Source of the DNA: Albugo candida | Lineage: Eukaryota | DNA: 64,000 bases | Direction: 5' to 3' | Assembly: GCA_040437565.1 (NCBI GenBank) | Contig: JBDOQK010000041.1 | Location: forward strand, 1 to 64,000 | In this document: in pieces, positions 37,740 to 50,224 of the stretch | How the letters are laid out: each line of letters opens with the position of its first letter | How positions within the stretch are numbered: position 1 is the first letter of the stretch | Translations under genes and position numbers: made by a program | Notes under the pieces: generated by a model | Told to the model about the DNA's origin: nothing | Database searches by the model: none | Seen by the model: only the letters and a program-made list of their open reading frames with translations

Positions 37740-40700
37740 GCTACGAGTCGTGCTTTAAGAAGTTCAACATCTCCGTCGGCGGTCGTCTTCGTCTTGTAAA
37801 CCCACTTTGTGTGGAGTGCATTGCTACTGACGGGAAGTTTTATTAGGCGCCAGACGTCGTTGCTTTCAAGCGCTTCTAGTTCTTCATGCATTTTAATTTG
37901 CCAATCCTTACTTTCGCGCTTCGCATCGCTTCCCCGTTGTTCTTCGGGTCTTCTTCATACATGTGGTTTGCAACAATTGTGTTACTTAATGCCTCCTCCT
38001 GCATAGCTGCTTCAAACGCGCGCGTGGTCGCACCACGAGAGCATGTGACGAGCGCATCCAATTCTTCTTCTTTGACGGTTGCTGCGCACGTTTGACGTTG
38101 TTGCCTGTGCCGGTTCCGGCGCTGTCGCACACGATTCTTTCGTCATCTCTGCAAAGTTGGTTATCTCGGATGCATGTGGCGTGGCTTGGTCATTGCGTTC
38201 GAGTGCACACTGGAGCTGTCTGCTCTGCTCACTGCTGAACGTCGAAACATTTTTAATATGCTGCGTGACAATCACGACGTTGACTTTCTTCAAGAAGACT
38301 CTGTAGCCTTTAGTCTAGCTACTCCCCCCGACTATAATACCTACGTGTGATCGTCACGTGAGCGATTTTTGCGTGGGTCTCGGTAAACCATGCAAACCGA
38401 GCCGTAAACCACCACATCGCGCAAGTCTGGGGCCACCTTGGTAAGTTCTTGGAGTGGCGATGCGCTGCGTGGGTTTGAACTCGTCGGACTTTGGTTCGAG
38501 ATGTAGGTTACTTAATCGATGGCGTCGCCCCAGAAGAACAAAGGCAAGCAACTTGCAAAGATCATGGAACGCGCCATGTTGAGCACGGTATGGTGCATTC
38601 GCTCTGCCTTCCCATTTGACGTTTGATTTCGTGCTCAAGAGACATGACGCGTAACGCCTGTACGCTTGCAATAGAGGTCAACGTTCCGGTACTCGCCCCA
38701 CTGTCCGTTCTTAGTACATGGATACGGCAATTAAATCGCTTTTCGAAAAACACCAAGTGTTCAAACTTCTTTGCAGCCTTGTCCTTGGTTGAAGCCAGGA
38801 ACACAAGGCAGTAGTTGGACTTGTGCTCGACAGACTTCACAAGGTATTGCTGCCTTGGCGGTCCTTAGGCGTCATGGGTCTTTTCGAATCCGAGCAGATA
38901 ACTCCACCAATCTGTCGATTGGCGAGTTAATGCCGCTGTCCTTTCTCGATTGAGCGTTTTTTGTCTGCTTTCCTTCGGCGCATGACAGACACGTGGATCA
39001 TCGTCTATCCGTCAGCTTAAGTCCCGATGCGGGTCCATTGCCATTCGCTTCACCGTGTCATACGACAGGTGTCCGAGTCGCTGGTGGAAGTTCATAAGCG
39101 TCCCACTAGTGTGTACGGCGTGAGATTTACCGTTGCTTCTTTAGACAGGATTGTCGTGAGGACGTCATCTGGAGTGTCTCTTCCATCCAATGTGGCCACT
39201 GTCTGGACGTAGTATACATTGTATTTCATCTTCAAATCGAAAGCCACTTCTCCGTTACTGCGTTTGACATGAGCACGTGTTGCACAATCGTACCTCAGAC
39301 CAAAACCTTTAAGCTCGAGATTATCGCTAGGTAAACGTCGGTGAGCTTGACCGTGCTCTCCTTTCGTTCTGCCATCAACCACAGGCGGACGCTTCCGACT
39401 CTTGTTATCATTAGCGTCTCTCCATCCGCCATGTTACATTCATGGCTGCAATCCCTTGCGTCCTCCAACAAGATTTCGTCGTTCACAAAGTGTCGACTTG
39501 AGCCACTATCCAGAATCCATTTGTCTTGTTCCTGCTTTGCATCGCCATCTGCGGGAAGCAGAGCCTTGCTCTTTTTGTTAGGTGTCAAGCTTTCGATCTT
39601 TCTTCTGACGTCGTTGATAGCCAGAACGAGATCCACCCCATCTCTGCCGTGACGTCCTCTTTGATTCTTTCTGTCTCGGCTGCGACAATCAGCCTTGATG
39701 TGCCCGTCCTTCCAGCAGGTAAAACACGCGCGCGTCTCTTTTATTTTTCGACACCTCGTCTACATGAGCAACGACATCTCGTCCTAGTGCACGGCCCTTG
39801 TGCGTCTCAATCTCCACAGACTTTGCAAAGTGGGCAAGCTCATCGGCTTGACGGAGATAGTAGGTCTGCAAATTGTTGTACTTCTCCATGAGTACGATGT
39901 TGTAGAGCACCTGTTGATCAGCTCCACCGCATGCGTCTCTCACGGCAACCAAGTAAATATTGTGTTCTGGGCAGCTTCGCTTAGGGTCCTTACGCGCCGT
40001 AAAAAGCTCTATCAACTGGGAAGCCTTAATCGTGGTCTTCAAAATCTCAGTAGCCTTTCCATGATGTAGTGTAGTGTCGGTAGCTGCGTCCACCACGCAT
40101 CCAACTGCTTGTTGTAATAGCGTTCTGCGATGCCACTCAAATAGTGTTCAAAGCAAGTCAGCTTTGCCTTCTTGGGATCAGGCAAAACCGCACGCGTGCT
40201 GGGACATCGTGACCTGTCTCAGGAACTTTTGCTCAGTAAAGGAATCCGGAGCTGAGTCCATGGTAGAGCTCACTCCCGTGAAACTTCCTGATCGCCATCT
40301 TCCACTGACGTGCGTCTAGAACTCAATGCACAGGTCCCGCTGCTTGGTTCTGATGCCTCTGCTGCGTGGGAAAGTGTTGTCGCGGCTCCGTTACCACGTA
40401 CTGCGGCCCAAGTGGCTCAACGTGCACTTTTTGCACCACCGACGCTTCTGATCGCCTCGGCGGCAAGTTCTCAAGCGCGTCTAGGTGCAGTGGGCCCGCG
40501 CTTCCCATGTTGCGCCCGATTAAAGAGCTAAAAAGACCGCTCTCGATCGCGCATCGCAGTCACTCGTTCTCGTCAATCTGCTTCTGAGACGATTCCATGC
40601 GCTCCATGCGATCTTCGAGACCCAAGAGCATCTTGAAGATCCTTTCGTTTACGTCCGCGCCCCTTCGTGGGCTGGCGGGTCGAGGACAATGGCAGACCCC

Positions 40701-41002
40701 GACATGGCCCTTTCGTGGCTGGTAGCTGGCGGCGTTTGTGTCGTGTTGCTGGTGTCGTCGTAGTTCGTACTTGGGATCATAACCTGTTCGATACAGACTC
40801 GCACTGTGATAATAAGGATATTTAGTATATTCCTGTCTACAGATCACACACTTTCGTGCTGCTAAGAGTTCCTCACCAATCAATCGGTTGGTTGTAGCTC
40901 TAATGCCTTGTCTATCCTCTGCAGATACCAAAAATAGAAAAGGTTGTGTCGTCAGTCGCATCCCGAACCGTTTCGTCTACAGGTTCTCATTCCCTTTCAA
41001 CA
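37740..41002 (-). mobile_element. Ty1/copia element D: 5' LTR 40785-41002, gag, protease, integrase and RT N-terminus; right half of element A
   Basis: Collinear with element B. WILDSGSSRH, LRTDSG, HTKWVYKTK...KARLV. PBS ggttatgatcccaag on the minus strand. LTR ends ttcaaca followed by AGATA. Confidence 0.94.
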
Positions 41003-42492
41003 AGATATTCATCGCCATTGTTATGCTTGACGGTAATTGCAAAGATTCATAGATTCGCATCAAGAGATTCAGTGTGCTAATAAATAAGATCAGTGCTTTT
41101 ACGTCATATCATGAGAAATGCATTCCAATGATCGACCGCGAATGCCCATTTTGAGCAGCTCATGAGCAATGTCAGTGTCAACGTTAGGCTGATGGATTCA
41201 ATCGATTTCTGTTAAACCAGTCAAATGATTTTTTCGCTGTATCGTTGTACGCATAAGCCGACATGATTTTCTACAGCGACTTTTTATATGAAGTGAGGCG
41301 CTTTATGTGATCGCATCGAGTGCCCCATTCGATCAGTTGAGCTCGAAACTACATGCCACACTGATTAACGTTTAGAATTATACATCCTTTGAAGATCATC
41401 ACGAACAACTTTGAAACTACGATATGCGTGCTTATTTATGATAGCTGTACAAATTCACACAAGAAACAGTCTTCTTGACCTCCAAAAAGGGTTTTCCTAC
41501 CTGTAAAATTTCTAGCAGCGACTGAATCGCATTCAGGGATCAAGGTGCACATAATTCAATCAGACCCTTCTCTTTCCACTTCCTAACATAGACGGATGGA
41601 AGTTCATGTATATTCAAGGACGCCACATGCATAGGAATAACAAGCTACATTATACACGTGTAAGGACAATTTCTTTATACAAATAGTTGTGCAGGTTATA
41701 TTCATGGCTATTATCCTATTATGAAAGCGAGTATTGCTCATGTGGAAAGCGACTTTGCCAGAGCCATCAGATCGAGTCGAAAGGAGGCAAGTTCGCTCGT
41801 CGTCTCCAAGCGTATCACCACGTTATATAAATTTTTGAAATGCCGATCACATTTTTCGCATCTCCGTGCCCTAAAAAGCACGTAAGAAGTCCAAATGCTA
41901 TTCAAAATTCATGCGTTTTTTCTACCGCTCCTCCGCTGCTAGATCGACTTCACGGGAGCGCAGTTGACTGGTTCCAATGCTTTCTTGGACAAGACTTCGA
42001 AAGCCATCCACCAGCTTTTGTGCATAACTCAATCCAACGGCGACATACGCTTCAAATTTGCTCTGAATCATGTCGGTGATAAGTGGCAATAGAATGCAAC
42101 ACGCTTCGATGTCGACACCAAATTTCACCGTGTCATCCAATCTCAATATGTCTACGAGGATAGGCTCCCGTTTGCTGGATGGAAGCTTTTCAATATAGCC
42201 GAGCGTTTCTAGAATGACACTCTCATCAGCACATTTTGACTAGAATAATACGATAGCGGTACCATGAACGCTTCCTTTCGACCATATGTTGAGAATTTGT
42301 TTCATGCATTTCAGTCGTGATTGGAATAATTTGATATTCGTTTCCATACCCGAACGCAATTCTACTATAAATTCTATAGACTGATTGCTTACNNNNNNNN
42401 NNNNNNNNNNNNNNNNNNNNNNNNNNNNNNNNNNNNNNNNNNNNNNNNNNNNNNNNNNNNNNNNNNNNNNNNNNNNNNNNNNNNNNNNNNNN

Positions 42493-44210
42493 GCGGGTCG
42501 AGGACAATGGCAGACCCCGACATGGCCCTTTCGTGGCTGGTAGCTGGCGGCGTTTGTGTCGTGTTGCTGGTGTCGTCGTAGTTCGTACTTGGGATCATAA
42601 CCTGTTCGATACAGACTCGCACTGTGATAATAAGGATATTTAGTATATTCCTGTCTACAGATCACACACTTTCGTGCTGCTAAGAGTTCCTCACCAATCA
42701 ATCGGTTGGTTGTAGCTCTAATGCCTTGTCTATCCTCTGCAGATACCAAAAATAGAAAAGGTTGTGTCGTCAGTCGCATCCCGAACCGTTTCGTCTACAG
42801 GTTCTCATTCCCTTTCAACAAGATATTCATCGCCATTGTTATGCTTGACGGTAATTGCAAAGATTCATAGATTCGCATCAAGAGATTCAGTGTGCTAATA
42901 AATAAGATCAGTGCTTTTACGTCATATCATGAGAAATGCATTCCAATGATCGACCGCGAATGCCCATTTTGAGCAGCTCATGAGCAATGTCAGTGTCAAC
43001 GTTAGGCTGATGGATTCAATCGATTTCTGTTAAACCAGTCAAATGATTTTTTCGCTGTATCGTTGTACGCATAAGCCGACATGATTTTCTACAGCGACTT
43101 TTTATATGAAGTGAGGCGCTTTATGTGATCGCATCGAGTGCCCCATTCGATCAGTTGAGCTCGAAACTACATGCCACACTGATTAACGTTTAGAATTATA
43201 CATCCTTTGAAGATCATCACGAACAACTTTGAAACTACGATATGCGTGCTTATTTATGATAGCTGTACAAATTCACACAAGAAACAGTCTTCTTGACCTC
43301 CAAAAAGGGTTTTCCTACCTGTAAAATTTCTAGCAGCGACTGAATCGCATTCAGGGATCAAGGTGCACATAATTCAATCAGACCCTTCTCTTTCCACTTC
43401 CTAACATAGACGGATGGAAGTTCATGTATATTCAAGGACGCCACATGCATAGGAATAACAAGCTACATTATACACGTGTAAGGACAATTTCTTTATACAA
43501 ATAGTTGTGCAGGTTATATTCATGGCTATTATCCTATTATGAAAGCGAGTATTGCTCATGTGGAAAGCGACTTTGCCAGAGCCATCAGATCGAGTCGAAA
43601 GGAGGCAAGTTCGCTCGTCGTCTCCAAGCGTATCACCACGTTATATAAATTTTTGAAATGCCGATCACATTTTTCGCATCTCCGTGCCCTAAAAAGCACG
43701 TAAGAAGTCCAAATGCTATTCAAAATTCATGCGTTTTTTCTACCGCTCCTCCGCTGCTAGATCGACTTCACGGGAGCGCAGTTGACTGGTTCCAATGCTT
43801 TCTTGGACAAGACTTCGAAAGCCATCCACCAGCTTTTGTGCATAACTCAATCCAACGGCGACATACGCTTCAAATTTGCTCTGAATCATGTCGGTGATAA
43901 GTGGCAATAGAATGCAACACGCTTCGATGTCGACACCAAATTTCACCGTGTCATCCAATCTCAATATGTCTACGAGGATAGGCTCCCGTTTGCTGGATGG
44001 AAGCTTTTCAATATAGCCGAGCGTTTCTAGAATGACACTCTCATCAGCACATTTTGACTAGAATAATACGATAGCGGTACCATGAACGCTTCCTTTCGAC
44101 CATATGTTGAGAATTTGTTTCATGCATTTCAGTCGTGATTGGAATAATTTGATATTCGTTTCCATACCCGAACGCAATTCTACTATAAATTCTATAGACT
44201 GATTGCTTAC
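42493..44210. repeat. Apparently exact duplicate of 40675-42392 (includes second LTR copy 42603-42820 and katanin 3' exons); probable unmerged contig overlap
   Basis: Constant offset of 1818 across gap 42393-42492; the ORF track shows identical translations. Confidence 0.92.
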
Positions 44211-47200
44211 ACGCAATGGGAGCATGGGTGTTAGCTCCTTTGATGGTGAGGGGTCTGAACTTGAGGTTCGAATGAGAATGAGCGTGATCTTGCAAGACTA
44301 AGATTCACCTTGGTTGCTGTGGGGAGGCACGGGAATATGAATATCTATGTTTGAGTTGGTCTCGATCCTTAGTGCATGAAGTGCGATGCTCTCGCTAGAT
44401 TGCGCGTTAGGTAGGCGCCGACGGCACACTTCCGGAGTTTTCGGACCCTCTGGAAGCACTTGTGCATTATTGTCAGCTGATCTACGCATACGAAATGCAT
44501 GATCAACTTCATGTTTGACTCTTAAAGCTCGCGATGGCTTGATGGGTAATGCAAGATTGGTTGTTTTGTCGAAATTCGACGTCGTACTTGAGGCACTGGA
44601 GGCTCTTTCACGACGGAATGGTGAGAATGCAGCCAGCTCAAGTATCCAGATCGATATAAAAGCATCTTGCATGGAAGCTCCCATGAGTTTCGAATCGTGT
44701 GTCATGATTGTATCGGTCGGAGAGTCCACATGTGCAACGCCATTGGTTTCATGAAAAGGAAGACAGTCATGGCACTGAATGAATTGAGCACATCAGAACA
44801 ATACACGATCGAACGTGTTCCATTTGGCAAAGCAGTACCTCCAATGCTTGCTCATACGACCACAGTCGGATAAAATCATGAGAGCAACAAGCAATAAATT
44901 TTCCTGAATACGGTTCCACCAATGTATGCGATATGGATGTCGTCTACAACAAGAAGACTTACTTTCAATCATTTTGACCGTTAACAACATACTATTGCGG
45001 TATCACTTGGAGTGACGCCCACAAATGAAAAATCCTGGACGTCCCAGATTCGCACACTTTTATCGGCCGATGCAGACACCAAAATAAATTCCTCCGGGTT
45101 GAATTCAAGCGCTAAGAAAATTCTTAGCAATTCCTTGGATCGCATGCAAGATTAGTACCCGTGATTGCGCCAGAGTGATCACGGAATTCTTTCAATTGCT
45201 TGCCAGCTGTAAGATCCCAAATTCTTATACTTCCATCAGAATCTCCTGAAGTCAGCCAACGTCCATCTGGTGTAAAAGTCAGATTTGTAATTTCGGATCG
45301 ATGCCCACGGAATATTTGCATGCAGCTTTTAGTTCTCATATCCCAAATCTGCGATACATGAGGTGTTTGGTGAAAAGCAAAATCGTGCTTCTTACTTTGA
45401 CAATCGTATCAAGTGAGCCAGATGCAATGTAATCTCCATATAAATGATGATCCAAGCACGTGCACGTGGACATGTGGCCTTTTAATGTACGACTCACTTT
45501 GCCAGCTTCCAAATCGAAGGATTTGATGGACCCTGATTCGGATCCAGCAATAACTTTTGTCTCATTTGGATCAAAAACTAATGCGTTAATGGCACTAGCA
45601 TGGCCGCCGAGACTCTACAGCGATACACCTTCATGTTTTTCATCGCAGATATATATACACATGAGGAGAGTGATACCATCAGATTTTTGGTCTCCATCTC
45701 ACGTAAGCGCCATATGTTTACGTTCTGGTCGTCTCCTCCACTAGCGGCAATTTGTGCCTATGCAATGTCTAAAATAGATGGAAAAGCGCNNNNNNNNNNN
45801 NNNNNNNNNNNNNNNNNNNNNNNNNNNNNNNNNNNNNNNNNNNNNNNNNNNNNNNNNNNNNNNNNNNNNNNNNNNNNNNNNNNNNNNNNCACGACGGAAT
45901 GGTGAGAATGCAGCCAGCTCAAGTATCCAGATCGATATAAAAGCATCTTGCATGGAAGCTCCCATGAGTTTCGAATCGTGTGTCATGATTGTATCGGTCG
46001 GAGAGTCCACATGTGCAACGCCATTGGTTTCATGAAAAGGAAGACAGTCATGGCACTGAATGAATTGAGCACATCAGAACAATACACGATCGAACGTGTT
46101 CCATTTGGCAAAGCAGTACCTCCAATGCTTGCTCATACGACCACAGTCGGATAAAATCATGAGAGCAACAAGCAATAAATTTTCCTGAATACGGTTCCAC
46201 CAATGTATGCGATATGGATGTCGTCTACAACAAGAAGACTTACTTTCAATCATTTTGACCGTTAACAACATACTATTGCGGTATCACTTGGAGTGACGCC
46301 CACAAATGAAAAATCCTGGACGTCCCAGATTCGCACACTTTTATCGGCCGATGCAGACACCAAAATAAATTCCTCCGGGTTGAATTCAAGCGCTAAGAAA
46401 ATTCTTAGCAATTCCTTGGATCGCATGCAAGATTAGTACCCGTGATTGCGCCAGAGTGATCACGGAATTCTTTCAATTGCTTGCCAGCTGTAAGATCCCA
46501 AATTCTTATACTTCCATCAGAATCTCCTGAAGTCAGCCAACGTCCATCTGGTGTAAAAGTCAGATTTGTAATTTCGGATCGATGCCCACGGAATATTTGC
46601 ATGCAGCTTTTAGTTCTCATATCCCAAATCTGCGATACATGAGGTGTTTGGTGAAAAGCAAAATCGTGCTTCTTACTTTGACAATCGTATCAAGTGAGCC
46701 AGATGCAATGTAATCTCCATATAAATGATGATCCAAGCACGTGCACGTGGACATGTGGCCTTTTAATGTACGACTCACTTTGCCAGCTTCCAAATCGAAG
46801 GATTTGATGGACCCTGATTCGGATCCAGCAATAACTTTTGTCTCATTTGGATCAAAAACTAATGCGTTAATGGCACTAGCATGGCCGCCGAGACTCTACA
46901 GCGATACACCTTCATGTTTTTCATCGCAGATATATATACACATGAGGAGAGTGATACCATCAGATTTTTGGTCTCCATCTCACGTAAGCGCCATATGTTT
47001 ACGTTCTGGTCGTCTCCTCCACTAGCGGCAATTTGTGCCTATGCAATGTCTAAAATAGATGGAAAAGCGCCTGCATATATTGTGCATGGTACCGATCTGG
47101 GTCCAAAACGAAAGCAATTGACGGTGCTTGAATGAGCTAGAAAATGCGCTGAAAACATCAAAAAGAGGTGCATAGGATGAAGTTAGTTTTTACATCATAA

Positions 47201-47248
47201 ATAATCAGAAAAGAGCACGTCGTCGGTACAATGTGTCTGCACAGCCAT
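43556..47248 (-). CDS. KATNB1: Katanin p80 WD40 subunit B1, multi-exon; 44609-45789 is duplicated at 45890-47070 and the 3' end is duplicated at 41738-42392
   Basis: Spliced start MAVQTH-SHFLAHSSTVNCFRFG. WD40 repeats (FTPDGRWLTSGDSDGSIRIWDLTAGKQLKEFRDHSGAIT). C-terminal con80 domain (CCILLPLITDMIQSKFEAYV...REVDLAAEER-RRCEKC). Confidence 0.9.
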
Positions 47249-48933
47249 TTTGGCGCAGAATTCGCGCTGATTTGTTGGTTTGTTTTGTTATGTAACGTGC
47301 TACATCTGCTAGCAGCTACATAACCATCCGGATAGAAGTGTTTTCTCGCCATTTGCAGCTTCATTTTGATTTGCGACGCTCACGTCTCTTAAATTGGATG
47401 AGCTCGGAATTAACCATTTGATTCGAGCAGATGTTGCAAAACGTCGCAGCAAATACCTTGTAATCGCTTTTTCAAATGCTGTCTTCACCACTCAGTATTG
47501 TTTTCAGACCCAGAAATGATTTTGCATGGCACACTAATTCTCGGTGTCTGTTATTGCGTGCTCTCAATTGGTAATTTCCTTAGCGTTTCAATACCTTGTC
47601 GGCACTTTGGACGTTGCGATTTGAAGTCAGACGATCGATTGGGCTGAAATGTGTAGAGCTATGCGATATAAACTCCAAGTTGATCCAAGAGAATTCTACG
47701 ATACGAAACGTACAATCAGCACGAACAGAAATGACTGCAAGAACAGTCTTTTATGCATTGCTCATCTTTTATGCACAATTTTTTGATAAGTTTGGTCGAG
47801 ATTGAGCATTAGTAGAGGAGATTGGTCACGATCGTCAATTCATCGAAGAGCGGGGAGGCAGTCACTCTTCGTGATAGTTTTTTTGTTCTTTAGCGGATTC
47901 GATTATGTGATGTGGAATAGTAATAATGCCGAATATGTCACAAAGTCGAATTTACATACTGTGTGTTTCTAGCATAGATCTTGAAAAAGGAATGAACGTG
48001 GGTAATACAATGCCTCTTTCAACAACCTTCATTATGACCAACAACGCAATAGACCGAAATCACTGCAGCAAAAGCGACAAAACGACGAAAATGAACGGAA
48101 TGTATCGAAATTAAAACAACAAATCGCCGTTTTTAACCGCGTTCACCAATTCTCGTACAATTCACTCAGGAAGGCAGAAAGAAAAGCACAAACGACGAAT
48201 ATTTGGAATCAGTCGATCGTATGATGCACTTTATCCTGCAGAATTGACAAAGAGGTCGTAGAAGGTAATAGTAAATACGTTTCAGTCGGACGCTAGATTC
48301 GCCAAATGCTATCCACTTCAGACTGCAGTTCAGCCATAATTCGAAAATACTTATAGAACTGTTGCAGACCACTCTTTAGGTAATTAGCTTGTCTTCATAG
48401 GTAAAGATGAATATATTTGGTATGGAAATTCCCTTGTCAAATGGTTTCCTCTTCTGGATCTCTTCTGAATTAATATTCGATTCTTTCATCATATTCAGAT
48501 TCACTTCGACGTGCTCGCACTTTTTGCTACCAATTATATACCCCTGGGGGATTAACTAAACACATTTTACCTTATCTGTTGAATCTATCTTAATGGACGT
48601 GAAAGCAATTCGCGTCTTCTGATGAATGCTTTCTGGTATTACGGAGGAAATGCATCACCACCTGAAGGATAACTGAATAAATTTTGAGGTGTTTTCATAA
48701 TCAATCAATTCTTCCACCAACAAGCACTGGATAATGTTAAATATACTCAATGAGCGTTTAAAAAGTTCAATGTTATAGTTCCGATAGCCTCAGAGAACTT
48801 GATCTCCATCATATATCTTTTTGATTTGGGTGCGACTATTGCCCCGGACAGAACACCTCTGATCAACTGATCTCTCTAAAATAATATGATTGGTCGATAG
48901 GGTGGCTACACTTCAGGTTCTACGCAAGATATA

Positions 48934-50214
48934 CGGTGCATGACACTTAAAACCAGCAAACCCTGATTTTGAATCGCCAATTTTCGGATCATATTACCCT
49001 ATAATGTTGCCGCTGCTGATTGGCTAAAAGTACATCATAAGGCACGGATATAATGTTGCCACTGCTGATTGGCTAAGAGTACATCATAAACAATCGTCCT
49101 TGCCCTGACCTAGGCTCAGTCATCGCCACTAACTACTTACCCGCTTGAAACCTCAACCATCAACCTGCATTCCGACAAATATCGTACAATTATGCCTCGC
49201 CTAACAAAGNNNNNNNNNNNNNNNNNNNNNNNNNNNNNNNNNNNNNNNNNNNNNNNNNNNNNNNNNNNNNNNNNNNNNNNNNNNNNNNNNNNNNNNNNNN
49301 NNNNNNNNNTGTCAAGTGTAGGCAAGCAGCCAAAGATGCGTGCAACAACGTGGGGACACGGAGTCTCTCAGGATTTGGTTTTTGCTTATGACCATCCTGA
49401 TGAAACGCTCCGTGGTCAGGCAAAGGGACTGAAAGTTGTGCTGGAGGAACGTGGGCTGTGGGAAGCTGGCCTGTAGGCGCGATGCAAAATATGTTCTGTG
49501 GATGACGCAACCTGCTGCGCCAAAAACGTTATGGCCAATCAATCAGACTTCAAAGCACAAGTAGTAATGATAGAGGAGCGAATTGTTGCCGCTGGTCATC
49601 CAGTGATATTTTACCCAGAATTTCCCTGCGAGCTCAACTACATCGAAAACTTTTGGGCAGCCGCTAAGCGATACGCCAGAAAACACTGCGATTACACTTG
49701 GAAAAATTTACTGGTAACAGTTCCAGATGCCAAGGCATATGTTCCACTGGACGAGACACGTCGACACTCACGAAAAGCTTTGCGATACATGGACGAAAAG
49801 GTCTCACCGGAAAAGAAGCAGAGTATGCGGTGAAAAGTACAAATCCCACCGACGTGTACCCAATTCTCTTTCGGTGGTTGTGGGTATTGACATTTTCCTG
49901 CAAAACTAATATTATTCTTCGAAATTAATATTATCCTTCGAAACATAATACGATCTTGCGAACACTAATATTCGACAGAATAGTTTAGGCGGCCAAATTT
50001 TTTCCAACCCTAGGAAAATGCCAAAATTCAGGCGACTTTGCACCGCTACTGCTCCATTGAAAGTTGAGATAATAAAAATTCGAGACTTGTGAAGGGAAGC
50101 ATCGACCATGCTCTTTGTTGCCAAAGGCTTGTTTTCTGTGTAATTTGTATTTTGGCCAAGCCTTAGCGATTTTGCAGGGCCACTAAAGTTGCTGGTTTTA
50201 AGTGACATGCACTA
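48934..50214 (+). mobile_element. IS630-Tc1-mariner superfamily DNA transposon (Sagan-like transposase, disrupted) with 26-bp TIRs and TA target duplication
   Basis: Left TIR cggtgcatgacacttaaaaccagcaa (48934-48959) and right TIR ttgctggttttaagtgacatgcacta (50189-50214) match at 23/26. TA on both sides. KGLKVVLEERGLW, FYPEFPCELNYIENFWAAAK, KYKSHRRV; in-frame stop at 49474 and a frameshift near 49790. Confidence 0.9.
49001..49090 (+). repeat. Two 40-bp direct repeats (49-bp period), each containing an inverted CCAAT box, upstream of the transposase ATG at 49192
   Basis: ataatgttgcc(g/a)ctgctgattggctaa(a/g)agtacatcataa at 49001 and 49050. Confidence 0.8.
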
Positions 50215-50224
50215 TATTATAAGA

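Noticed and set aside
40560..42779. Repeated 'MRLTTQPFLFLVSAED…' ORFs as a small gene family
   Set aside because: They are translations through the copia LTR/PBS, and the second copy is an assembly overlap.
41738..47070. Tandem katanin p80 paralogues
   Set aside because: The copies appear identical and sit exactly across N gaps, consistent with one gene.
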